This document shows positions 1 to 9,079 of a stretch of DNA of 64,000 nucleotides, in pieces; the first letter of the stretch is position 1; the number at the start of each line of letters is the position of its first letter. Below the pieces are notes generated by a model. The model ran no database searches. It saw nothing but the letters and a program-made list of their open reading frames with translations, and was not told where the DNA came from. Where the stretch lies: contig JAOAFA010000087.1 in assembly GCA_026416535.1 (NCBI GenBank), positions 5,438 to 69,437 on the forward strand, in the 5' to 3' direction. The translations under genes were made by a program, and so were the position numbers. This DNA comes from Deltaproteobacteria bacterium (GTDB lineage: Bacteria > Myxococcota > SpSt-1050).

Positions 1-348
1 TTATCTTACTATTAAATCTAAGTGGAATTATCGTTAGTGTGGTTTCTGAAATTGCCTTAAGAAGGGCGATAGTGTGATATCTACGAGTGACAAAGAGTGT
101 ATGCATCCTAATTAATAAATCTGTTATTAGAGATGGAGACAATTGTACAATTTCTGTTTTACGGTGTCTGATGATGAAAGGAGAGAGAGCTAAAGATTAT
201 ATTTTTAGAGACAAAGATAGCAAGCTTAGAGTAATATAGATGTAAAGATTTAGGATAGAAAAGATTGGTCCCGGTATTAAGGTCAGAAAGAGGAGTCCTT
301 TCCATTTGGGAAGCCTTTTGAAAATAGGGTTTTGTGTAATGGATCACT

Positions 349-560
349 AGGTTTAAGGAAGCATGGGGTAAGAAGTATAGGGTTTCAAAATGTGTGAAGT
401 AATTGAACTGGAGGAAGTGGCTTAGGTGGATATGAAGTATCTGATACGTTGGTAAATATGAGAGATACTTCTACGAAATATTTTCTTGTTCTTAAGATTG
501 AGTTTGGAGAAATTATAGAGGCAAAAGTGAAGATGAAATTTAGGATTTTGAAGTAGTTGT
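349..560 (+). mobile_element. Probable decayed IS256-family transposase fragment
   Basis: Broken frames read RFKEAWGKKY...NWRKWL...MKY...RYFY, resembling the IS256 'F..KWGKKYP...NW....YP....RY.YTTN' segment; multiple stops and frameshifts. Confidence 0.33.
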
Positions 561-697
561 TTTGTTGGAGTTTAGTAATAATGTCTTTAATGCCTAGTTT
601 TTATGATTTGCCATTACACATCAGCTCTCTTCCTATTTTTATGTCAAGTTTAAGTTTCAGATGGTGTAATAGAAAGACGTAGTAGAAAGAAAACTAT

Positions 698-1393
698 TTA
701 CTCTTTCTTTAGTATTCTAACCTCTATTTTTCCTTTAAGTCCCTCTGCAAACTTTTTAGCATCGCTTTCGCTGCCGACGATCTCTCCGTAGTGCATGGGG
801 ATAGCAATCTTAGGTTTGATATCTAGAGCAGCCTTTATTGCCTCGTCAGCTGTCATTACGTAGGTTCCTGAGACTGGAAGCAGAGCTATGTCTGCTCTGA
901 AATTTTTCATTTCAGGGATATAATCTGTATCACCAGCAATGTATATTCTTATATCCCTGACTTTGAATATGTATCCCACCCATTTGTTTGTCTTTGGATG
1001 GAATTTTTTATTTGTGTTATATGATGGAACCACCTCAATATCGATGCCTTCTATTGTTATCTTGTCACCCGGCTTAACAATTTTTAGTTTGCCCATGAGT
1101 TTTTGTCCACAGTCTTCAGTTGCAACAATTATAGTTTCTTCCTTTTTGATCTTCTCTATATCTTCTGGCGAACAGTGATCAAAGTGTTCGTGGGTGATTA
1201 AGATAATGTCAGCCTTTTTTTCACTGTCCTTTAGTTTAAATGGATCTGTATAAATTACCTTTTCTCCTTCAATCCTGAATGTATCATGCCCAAGCCATTT
1301 GATAAAAGAGATATCCATCTTTTCACCTCCCATTACAATGGTTAAGAATGAGAACAATAAACAGGAAATTAATGAAAATGACACTTTTTTCAT
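698..1393 (-). CDS. MBL-fold metallo-hydrolase (Lactamase_B_3/UPF0173-like) with N-terminal signal-like segment
   Basis: WLGH, THEHFDH, AGDTD and PMHYG motifs; SD AGGAGGGG before ATG at 1393. Confidence 0.85.
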   Translation of the reverse strand: MKKVSFSLISCLLFSFLTIVMGGEKMDISFIKWLGHDTFRIEGEKVIYTDPFKLKDSEKKADIILITHEHFDHCSPEDIEKIKKEETIIVATEDCGQKLMGKLKIVKPGDKITIEGIDIEVVPSYNTNKKFHPKTNKWVGYIFKVRDIRIYIAGDTDYIPEMKNFRADIALLPVSGTYVMTADEAIKAALDIKPKIAIPMHYGEIVGSESDAKKFAEGLKGKIEVRILKKE

Positions 1394-1412
1394 TGCCCCT
1401 CCTATTACAGTA

Positions 1413-3050
1413 TTAGGGTTGAGACTCGTGATCTTTTTTCTCAGAAAGAAGTTGATATGCAATCTCTACTGCCTTCTTTATCTTTTCTTTAACCTTTTCT
1501 TCTATTCTTATTTTGTTCATAAGTTTATTTATCTTTTCTTCTAAGGCATGTTTTTCCTCTGCGAATTGATTCCTTTCCATTTCGAAGGCATTTTCAAGTG
1601 CCGTTTTATCATCTCTTATCTGGTTTAAGTCGTCTTCGAGAGCCTTTTTGTCTGCCTCCATGTGTAGCATTTTCTCTTTTAGTTCAGCAATACTTTTCTT
1701 GAGGTCTTCGGCTTCAAATTTATATGGAGATAGTTCATTTACTTGTCTCTGTAGATCATATATCTTCATTTCTAACTCTTTTATTATGGTGTCTTTTGTT
1801 TTTAATAATTTTTCAAGCTCATTGGCTTTTCCTCGTGTATCCGAGGCATCCTTCTTATGTGTCTCTATATCATTTTGTAGTGCTGCAATCTGTTCTTTTA
1901 AACTAGTAAGCTTCTCATTAGCCTCTTTATCCTTTCTCTCTATCTCTTCTTGAAGTTTATGGATCTCCTCCTGTTTAGAAGCAATTTGGGTCAGTAGCTC
2001 TGTTACTTGTGAGTCCAATTTTTGTCGCTTTGCGATCTCCTCTTGAAGTTCTCTCTCCTTTTCTTTTAGTCTATTGTTTAGTTCAGCAGTGGCAGCGGGT
2101 ATTGAAGAGTCCCTTGATTTTTGAGCCTGTCTAAGCTCCTCTATCTGCTTTTTTAATGAGTTGATTTCGGAAAGTAGGTTTCTGTTTTCCTCTTCAAGCG
2201 TTTTTAGTTTTTTCTCATCAAAGGATTCCCTAGCTTTTGGAATTACAATTTTTTCTTCTCTCTTAGGTGCTTCTTCAATTCTAATATCATTAAAGTCGCC
2301 TTTTAACGATTCAAGCTCTTTGTCAATATCGGACGTGTCCTCACTAATGGAAATCTCCTTGGCTGAGATGCCGTCCTTTTTGAGTTCATCTTCGATAGAT
2401 ATATCTAATCCGCCCTCTTCAGACGTTGCTACTGGCTCTTTAATGCCGTCTATAACATTATCTAATGTATTAAGGTCAACCTCTTTAAAAATGTCGTCAC
2501 TAGCCTTATGTGTAGAATCCTCAACCGGTGCATCTTCAACCACAAGATTGCTTAGATCATCTTCAGATAGGTGTATTTCCTCCTCTTTGGATTCCTGTAG
2601 CTCTTCTTTGATATCAACATCATCGATGGTAAGTTCAATCTCCCCTTCCTCGCTTTCACTATCTGGGGAGGGTAGTCCTATAAGGTTTTTAATTCTATCT
2701 ATAAGCTCTTTTGGCTCGAAGGGTTTTATAAGATATTCCTCAGCACGTGTCTTGAGCTTTCTGTGTTGTTCAAATGTTTCAGGTGTAGCCTCACTGGAGA
2801 TTAAGATTAGAGGAATTGATTTGAGTTTGTTATCTTTTTTGAGTTTATTGCAAATGGAATATCCGCTCGTCTCTGGCAACTCTACACAAAGGACTATAAG
2901 GTCGGTTTCGTTTCTTTTTATAAAGTCAAGCCCTGTGTCTCCATCAGCAAATATGTCAACCTTGAATCCTTTTTTTGTAAGCTCATTTTTAAGTATGTTT
3001 GCAAAATCTCTTTCTGCTTCAATCAATGTAATATGTTTGTTTTCGCTCAT
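1413..3050 (-). CDS. frzS: FrzS-like pseudo-receiver domain + acidic linker + long coiled coil
   Basis: Receiver fold with Cys at the phospho-Asp position (LIVLCVELP); GYSICNKLKKD and QHRKLKTRAEEY resemble the Myxococcus FrzS receiver; E/K/Q heptad coiled coil follows. Confidence 0.7.
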   Translation of the reverse strand: MSENKHITLIEAERDFANILKNELTKKGFKVDIFADGDTGLDFIKRNETDLIVLCVELPETSGYSICNKLKKDNKLKSIPLILISSEATPETFEQHRKLKTRAEEYLIKPFEPKELIDRIKNLIGLPSPDSESEEGEIELTIDDVDIKEELQESKEEEIHLSEDDLSNLVVEDAPVEDSTHKASDDIFKEVDLNTLDNVIDGIKEPVATSEEGGLDISIEDELKKDGISAKEISISEDTSDIDKELESLKGDFNDIRIEEAPKREEKIVIPKARESFDEKKLKTLEEENRNLLSEINSLKKQIEELRQAQKSRDSSIPAATAELNNRLKEKERELQEEIAKRQKLDSQVTELLTQIASKQEEIHKLQEEIERKDKEANEKLTSLKEQIAALQNDIETHKKDASDTRGKANELEKLLKTKDTIIKELEMKIYDLQRQVNELSPYKFEAEDLKKSIAELKEKMLHMEADKKALEDDLNQIRDDKTALENAFEMERNQFAEEKHALEEKINKLMNKIRIEEKVKEKIKKAVEIAYQLLSEKKDHESQP

Positions 3051-3242
3051 AAGGGTTAATCCTTTCTTTTACCAATGATTAAAAATCTTTAGTATATTAT
3101 GATAATTTTCAACTATTTGTCAAACCTAAAATAATTTTTAAGAAAATCGTGTTTTGCTAATTGAAATTATATTTTAAGGGCGTAGTATGTCAAAAGTTTG
3201 ATAGGGGGGATAGAATCTTATAAGACTTATATATTTGGCTCT

Positions 3243-4232
3243 CTAATTTGTTTGCTCTTCCCTCTTGTGGCATGCCAAAAGTCCGCAATTCCTGTGACAC
3301 TTTTCCATTATGGCTTTGATCTTTTTTGCTGCTTCGGAATTAAGGATATTTATTAGCTTATCTTGTCTAACATTGCCAATTGCAAGACCATTATTAAGAT
3401 TGCGCATATGTGCACATAAAACAATGTCTCCACACAATTCGAGAAAGATGTTCTTGTTGTGAGAATCACAGACTGACTCCCCTATAAAGTCTGGGTTGTT
3501 TATATAGTTTTTGAACCACTCTATATCGCTCCTCTTAAGTAATACAAATGGGTCTTCTTTGTATTTGTTGTAAACCGATTCTAATATGCTTATTGCTTCA
3601 CTTTTGTTTTTAAAGAAGTGCTCGCTAAAGAATTTGTCTTCTTTAGATACTTTTGCGAAGGTTGGGTTAATTATTTGAAATAATACGCCTATAACATCGA
3701 GGCTACGTACAAACTCAATGTATTCAGGAAGATAGGCGATATTCTCATCAAATATTATGGATATAACGGTAATTTCAGTTTGAGAATTCTTAGTTTGTTT
3801 ATTTAAACTAACCAGTCTTTTTATTGAATCCAATGTCTTATCAAATGCGTCATTCTTTCCTCTCAGTCTATTGTGGATCTCCGGAATATGACTGTCCAAG
3901 GATAATGTTATATATGTAGGTCCTTCTTCTATAAGGCGTTTTATGGTCTCATCTGTGAAGTCATATCCATTAGTTACACAGGCTGATTTTAGGCCTTTTG
4001 ATCTTATATACTTGCATATTTCGAAAAAGTTGTTCTGGTGAATAGTAGGCTCTGCACCACTAATTATTATTATCCCCTGTGGATTTATATTACTAAATTG
4101 GTCGATAACCTCTTTAATTTCTTTTACAGTCAACTTATCTTCTGGGTCTCTGTATGTCCAAAAATGACACATCTGACATCTAAGATTACATTCTCTGGTT
4201 ATCGTAATATATAGATAGCGCGGTACTCTCAT
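3243..4232 (-). CDS. Radical SAM protein with C-terminal SPASM/twitch-like Cys cluster
   Basis: CNLRCQMC (CxxxCxxC), SGAEP, VTNG, LSLDS; C-terminal C...GDIVLC...CHRNCGLLAC. Confidence 0.85.
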   Translation of the reverse strand: MRVPRYLYITITRECNLRCQMCHFWTYRDPEDKLTVKEIKEVIDQFSNINPQGIIIISGAEPTIHQNNFFEICKYIRSKGLKSACVTNGYDFTDETIKRLIEEGPTYITLSLDSHIPEIHNRLRGKNDAFDKTLDSIKRLVSLNKQTKNSQTEITVISIIFDENIAYLPEYIEFVRSLDVIGVLFQIINPTFAKVSKEDKFFSEHFFKNKSEAISILESVYNKYKEDPFVLLKRSDIEWFKNYINNPDFIGESVCDSHNKNIFLELCGDIVLCAHMRNLNNGLAIGNVRQDKLINILNSEAAKKIKAIMEKCHRNCGLLACHKREEQTN

Positions 4233-4316
4233 TGAAGATTTATATTATGTTGTTTTTGTTTAATTTTAAATGAAAAAATTATGTAATTTTATCTTTCTTA
4301 AGTGTAAGGTCGGTTC

Positions 4317-5510
4317 CTAACATCCACCTAGTGCTCGCTTCTGCTTTTTCTTGACAGGACCTGATGGTTTGTTCTTTTTTATTAATTCTAGTATCTCGAC
4401 TTTTGCTCTCGATCTAAAACGATTTAGCCACTGTTCATCAATAGTCTTTGGTTCATTAATTGGCTCAAATTCGAGGATGTTTTTCTTAAAGGCATTTAAT
4501 CCTCCTTTGAGTATCTTTATGTTTTTAAATCCCATCTTGTGTGCAACAATTGCCATTTTTCGCTCCACCATCTCATCGTCTGCTACAAAAAGATTATCTG
4601 TGTGTCTATACCTTAAGAACTGTGAAGGTTCTTTTTCAAATAGGTTATCTACGGTAAATAGTGTTGAGCGAGGTAAACTCCATTCTGAGTATGACTTGTC
4701 ATTTCTAAAATCGATTATTTGAAGTCTTTGCTCACTTTTGTCGAGTAGTCTAAAGGCTAGCTCATCGACTGACATCTCTTTTAGAGGATAACTTTTGACA
4801 AAGTATTCGTCTTGAACTAATCTAAGCAGATAAGTTTTTCTGTCGATAAAATTAACAGAGAGAATAAGTAATATTATCCCTGAGATTGCTATAATAATGT
4901 TGGTTTTATTTATCCTAATAAATTTTACCTCCTCTTTGTTAACTTTTTTCTCGATGATGGATACAAAATAAAATGTAATGAGAGCTGTAAGGGTTAGTAT
5001 AAATGCAAAGAGATTAGGAGAGATGTTAAAGGTATCTGATATTCTTGGGGTGCCAATGTAAGCTGATTTATATAATGACTCAAAGATGGGATATCCCTCT
5101 GTAAATATTAGAACACCTATAAATGCCCCTCCAATAAATATCATGGCATCTATCTTTCCTATTGATGCAGCACAAAAACTTGTTCCCGGGCAGTACCCTC
5201 CTAAAACAAAGCCAAGTCCCATAATTAGTCCACCTACTATTGCTGACCAGATGTAAGTTGGGTTTATGTAAATTAGATTTATGTCGAGTAGACCGAAGTG
5301 GAAAAGTCCTAAGACGCCGATCATTGCAACAATGCCAGCAGTAAAAAATACTCTAAGGACTGTGAAGTCGTATCCGTAAAATAGTCCGACGAGTTTTCTT
5401 GAACTGGAGAAACCCGCCTGTTCTAATATCATACCAAATAGTCCTCCGATTATAAGTGCTATTACATAATTTAAATTAGGACTGATTATATCAGGTACAA
5501 GGGGTCCCAT
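4317..5510 (-). CDS. YeeE/YedE sulfur-compound transporter fused to rhodanese-like domain with C-terminal GGC
   Basis: TM domain with GGYCPGT; C-terminal IIDFR...LKGGLNAF rhodanese fold; ends ALGGC. Confidence 0.8.
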   Translation of the reverse strand: MGPLVPDIISPNLNYVIALIIGGLFGMILEQAGFSSSRKLVGLFYGYDFTVLRVFFTAGIVAMIGVLGLFHFGLLDINLIYINPTYIWSAIVGGLIMGLGFVLGGYCPGTSFCAASIGKIDAMIFIGGAFIGVLIFTEGYPIFESLYKSAYIGTPRISDTFNISPNLFAFILTLTALITFYFVSIIEKKVNKEEVKFIRINKTNIIIAISGIILLILSVNFIDRKTYLLRLVQDEYFVKSYPLKEMSVDELAFRLLDKSEQRLQIIDFRNDKSYSEWSLPRSTLFTVDNLFEKEPSQFLRYRHTDNLFVADDEMVERKMAIVAHKMGFKNIKILKGGLNAFKKNILEFEPINEPKTIDEQWLNRFRSRAKVEILELIKKNKPSGPVKKKQKRALGGC

Positions 5511-5522
5511 ATGTTTTCCTCC

Positions 5523-6041
5523 TCAGATCCAAAATTTTCTTAAAAAGTAAGCAAATCCATAGGCACCGCCAAAGATGGAGATCATTACCAAAAGCCCTCC
5601 TGTTGACATAACGGCCAATCCTGATAATGCCGCTCCGCTTGTGCATCCCCTACCAAGTTGTGAGCCGATGCCCCACAGTAGGCCTCCTATTAATGCACCA
5701 AAGATCCTCATTCTTGTTGTTGAGTTTGGACCTTTCTCGAGTTTGAGATCTAATCTCCCTGATATCAGTCCTGATATGAATGCCCCAATTAGAACTCCGA
5801 TTATTTCAAATACCAACCAATTCAATAGGGGATTGGCTCCTTCATTTTCTTTTGAGTACTCCTGATAAAATTTTGTGTTTGATGTATGATCTGGTGCTAT
5901 GAATTTGATGGTAGCTACAACTGTACTTTTTATTGCGCCACTCGCACCTAAACCTCTACCTGTTATATATATTGTAGTTAAGAGAAGTAGCCCTAATAAA
6001 AGTCCGGCTAAATACGGATTCATATACTTTTTCTCTTCCAT
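5523..6041 (-). CDS. YeeE/YedE thiosulfate transporter family protein
   Basis: NPYLAG, GLGASG and GRGCTSG motifs; hydrophobic helices. Confidence 0.85.
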   Translation of the reverse strand: MEEKKYMNPYLAGLLLGLLLLTTIYITGRGLGASGAIKSTVVATIKFIAPDHTSNTKFYQEYSKENEGANPLLNWLVFEIIGVLIGAFISGLISGRLDLKLEKGPNSTTRMRIFGALIGGLLWGIGSQLGRGCTSGAALSGLAVMSTGGLLVMISIFGGAYGFAYFLRKFWI

Positions 6042-6057
6042 CTTTGCACCTCATTGT

Positions 6058-6690
6058 TTACTTTATTTCTGGATGTAACTTATCATCTTCTATCTCTTCA
6101 TAACCTGTTAACATAGCTTTTAAATTTGAAGTGATTGTATCACCAGTTGTTATTAGGTATAAATGCATTATTATGAATGTTACCATTAAAAACGCTGATG
6201 CTGTGTGTATAATTGCGATTATCTCTAGAGAATCTATGTTAATTGCTTCAATGCCATGACGTGTTGGATATCTATACATCATGTACAAGATGCCTGATAT
6301 TATACTTGTAGGGATGAGTATGATTTTTAATCCAAAGTAGGTAATCCTCTGTAGTGGATTTAATTTGCTTAGAAGGGTCTTTTTTGTTGGGTGAGGGGCG
6401 TTTTTAAATATTCCAAATAAATAGAAATCGAGTTGGGCTTTTATATTTTTCAGGGTTGGGATGTATTGCTTATATTCCCCTGTAGTTAGGTGCCAGAAAA
6501 TGGCAAACATAGTTAGTAGTAGAAAGAGATAGGCTGCAAGATTGTGGTATTTTACGGCATCCTTAAAACCTAAGAATGTATATGATCCATGTATCTCAAA
6601 CCCTGTGAAGATCAGAAAAAAAATAAGTATTGCCTGCATCCAGTGCCAAAATCTTTCAAACCCTTTATAGATTAAAACCCGTTTCTTCAT
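6058..6690 (-). CDS. Cytochrome b/b6 membrane subunit (PhsC/thiosulfate reductase cytochrome b-like)
   Basis: ERFWHW, YHN, FWH, KLNPLQR, IHT and MHLY heme-ligand His pattern; four TM helices. Confidence 0.85.
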   Translation of the reverse strand: MKKRVLIYKGFERFWHWMQAILIFFLIFTGFEIHGSYTFLGFKDAVKYHNLAAYLFLLLTMFAIFWHLTTGEYKQYIPTLKNIKAQLDFYLFGIFKNAPHPTKKTLLSKLNPLQRITYFGLKIILIPTSIISGILYMMYRYPTRHGIEAINIDSLEIIAIIHTASAFLMVTFIIMHLYLITTGDTITSNLKAMLTGYEEIEDDKLHPEIK

Positions 6691-8264
6691 CTTGTTCTCC
6701 TTCTTCTTATGTGGTTTGCTACTATTCTTCCACTCCCGTGGACGAACACCAAAAGTATTGTGAAAACTATGAGTAATCTACCAATTCTATCAACCAAAGG
6801 TGAATAATCTCGGCCCGGTATATAGAAGTCCCGGAGATTTGCTATTCTTGAATTGTTTCTGGTGTGGCATTCTTCACACCTTACAGCCTTTTCTTTGGGT
6901 GAGACCATATGATTTAAAGGCCAATACATCTTTGTTTCGATAAAACCTACTTTTCCACTAAATGGCATGCCATGTTCTCTCATTCCCATCTCTGACGCCT
7001 TTATCCAATCAAAGTCTTTCCAGAAAGCACCACTCCCTTTTTCCTCTGAGTATAATTTTGGCTGAATAAGTATGTTGTTAACAGGATCATATGGTTGTTT
7101 TGCAGTATGAATTTTTACAGGTATGATTTTTGAATCATCGTCTTTATAACTTCCATGAAGTGTATTTAAGAAGAGAGGGGACTTGGGATCTTTTATTTTG
7201 TCTCCAATAAGGTAATGTGAAGCAGTGCCATTGAACCAGATGTAATCTGGTTTTAAATTCTTACCCCATTTGAAAGATCCTTTTGTAGACATATATGTCT
7301 TGTTTCCCTCTGCATCTTTCTCTATGTATGGTTCTCCATTTTTTAGCTTTCCTGCTGTTGACCAATCCCAATAAATCATTGTTGCATTTGCCTTTGCATA
7401 TATGGGTATGTGACATGCTTGACAAGATACCTTTAGGGTGTGTTCATTGATTATATCATCATTATGAGGTGTGTTGGTATGGCACTCCTCGCAACTAATC
7501 CTTTCTCTGTTCATAGATGATAGAGAGTAAAGCTTTCCGAAGATATTGTGCTCCTTTGTCTTGTGACAATCTATACAATGCATATTTACACCGTCGATAG
7601 CCATGTGCACATCTATATCTCTTGTAGCCTCAAACTGTATACTTTCTAGATCTCCATGCTTTACGTTATTGCCGCCGCCACCGAAGAAGTGGCATACACC
7701 ACAATTACTTCTTTTGGGTTTTCCTACATTATGGATGATATTTTTAAAATCCAGAGATTTCTCTGGTTCTCCCCCTCTCTCTGATGCTTTCATATATGTC
7801 TCTGTATTATCATGACATATCATACAATCGATATTGGTTGGATCCGTAAAGAGGTTTCCCTTTTCATCAAGTCCCAGCCCTACATGGCATTTGGCACAAG
7901 CCTTTTCATTACCCTGAGCCGCAATGCAAAAATTATTTATGGCATTCTTTTTGCCAATAAAGACAATACCCCTGTCCTTGACATATTCGACTCTTTCCCA
8001 GTTGAAGTGATTTGATTTCATTATCTCATGGGCTGTCAGATTATGGCAGTATTCGCAGGCTTTAGTAATCTCCCTTGGGTTAGGGAAGTCCTGGTTCAAA
8101 ATTTCGAATTTTGAGTGATCTGCCTCTTTTTTATACTCTCTTTTTGAATATTTCTCTTTTAGTATTAGGATGTGTGGTTTTTCAAGCTCGTTACTCTTGA
8201 GAGTGCCGTATATTATAGCTGTGACAAGACCAAAAGAGAGAAGCAGTAATAATATCTTTCTCAT
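6687..8264 (-). CDS. Octaheme c-type cytochrome, tetrathionate reductase (OTR) family
   Basis: Eight CxxCH motifs (CEYCH, CAKCH, CMICH, CGVCH, CIDCH, CEECH, CQACH, CEECH); GKKNAINNFC and GGGGNNVKHGD; N-terminal signal and C-terminal TM anchor. Confidence 0.9.
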   Translation of the reverse strand: MRKILLLLLSFGLVTAIIYGTLKSNELEKPHILILKEKYSKREYKKEADHSKFEILNQDFPNPREITKACEYCHNLTAHEIMKSNHFNWERVEYVKDRGIVFIGKKNAINNFCIAAQGNEKACAKCHVGLGLDEKGNLFTDPTNIDCMICHDNTETYMKASERGGEPEKSLDFKNIIHNVGKPKRSNCGVCHFFGGGGNNVKHGDLESIQFEATRDIDVHMAIDGVNMHCIDCHKTKEHNIFGKLYSLSSMNRERISCEECHTNTPHNDDIINEHTLKVSCQACHIPIYAKANATMIYWDWSTAGKLKNGEPYIEKDAEGNKTYMSTKGSFKWGKNLKPDYIWFNGTASHYLIGDKIKDPKSPLFLNTLHGSYKDDDSKIIPVKIHTAKQPYDPVNNILIQPKLYSEEKGSGAFWKDFDWIKASEMGMREHGMPFSGKVGFIETKMYWPLNHMVSPKEKAVRCEECHTRNNSRIANLRDFYIPGRDYSPLVDRIGRLLIVFTILLVFVHGSGRIVANHIRRRRTR

Positions 8265-8295
8265 GCCATCACCTAAATTTTACATAATACATATC

Positions 8296-8601
8296 TTATC
8301 TGCCTTCACACAGTTGTTTTATCCCCTCAATGAATTTAATAATACTTCTATGTTTAATGGAGTAGAAGACTTTGTTTCCATCCTTCCTGCTTATGAGTAT
8401 TGAACTATTTTCTAAAACTCTTAGATGTTGGGATATATTCCCCATTGTAGTTCCTATCTCGTTGATGAGTTCGCTGACATTTTTTTCTCTATCTACCAGT
8501 AGACAAACGATAAGAAGTCTGATTGGTGACGATAATGCCTTAAGCATCTTTGCAATTTTTTTTGCTTCATTGAGTCTCTTTGTCTTTTCGTAAGTAAACA
8601 T
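8296..8601 (-). CDS. ArsR/SmtB regulator, BigR/SqrR-like two-Cys persulfide sensor
   Basis: KALSSPIRLLIVCLL...ISQHLRVL...RKDGNKVFYSI...QLC; start chosen at MFTYEK. Confidence 0.8.
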   Translation of the reverse strand: MFTYEKTKRLNEAKKIAKMLKALSSPIRLLIVCLLVDREKNVSELINEIGTTMGNISQHLRVLENSSILISRKDGNKVFYSIKHRSIIKFIEGIKQLCEGR

Positions 8602-8605
8602 ATTT

Positions 8606-8636
8606 AGTATTTTAGCCAATACTAAAATACTGTCAA
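8606..8636 (-). promoter_or_regulatory. Sigma70-type promoter overlapped by a 10-bp inverted repeat (putative ArsR operator)
   Basis: Minus strand TTGACA-16 nt-TAAAAT; perfect IR AGTATTTTAG(8606-8615)-N6-CTAAAATACT(8622-8631). Confidence 0.6.
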
Positions 8637-9079
8637 GCAGAATTTTTTCATTTTTCGAGAGTCTAGCATTATTTGAAGTATGTGTAAGGTAGTAGAACAT
8701 ATAGAACCTACTAAGAAAATTTTCTGGTGTAATCTGATTAGAACTTTAATTAGATATCTTACTCGACTGTATCCTAAATGTAACTCCTTTGGTGGTACGA
8801 TTTTATTTTGGCCTAAGTACTGAGTAGGGAGGTGTATATAGTAGAATACTGACGGGTCCAAAAGATTTTCTCTGAAGATTTTTATTTGGTTGATAACAAG
8901 ATATGTTCCGCATTTGTTGCTCATTAAACTTCTTAAGAAGTGTATTTAGTGAATGATAAAAAATTTTTTACATGAAGCATTGGGGATTAATTTATGGTAT
9001 CTTTCAAATTCTGCATTTGTATGCACTTGAGAATAATGTTATTTTTTGATATTTGGTAATTTATCGAGGGGGTGTATTT

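Noticed and set aside
159..347. 62-aa minus-strand ORF
   Set aside because: No SD or motif; lies in decayed non-coding DNA
2161..3078. 305-aa Ser-rich + strand ORF
   Set aside because: Antisense shadow of the Glu/Asp-rich FrzS-like gene; no motif or SD
8622..8924. 100-aa minus-strand ORF upstream of the ArsR gene
   Set aside because: Overlaps the promoter/operator; no recognisable features
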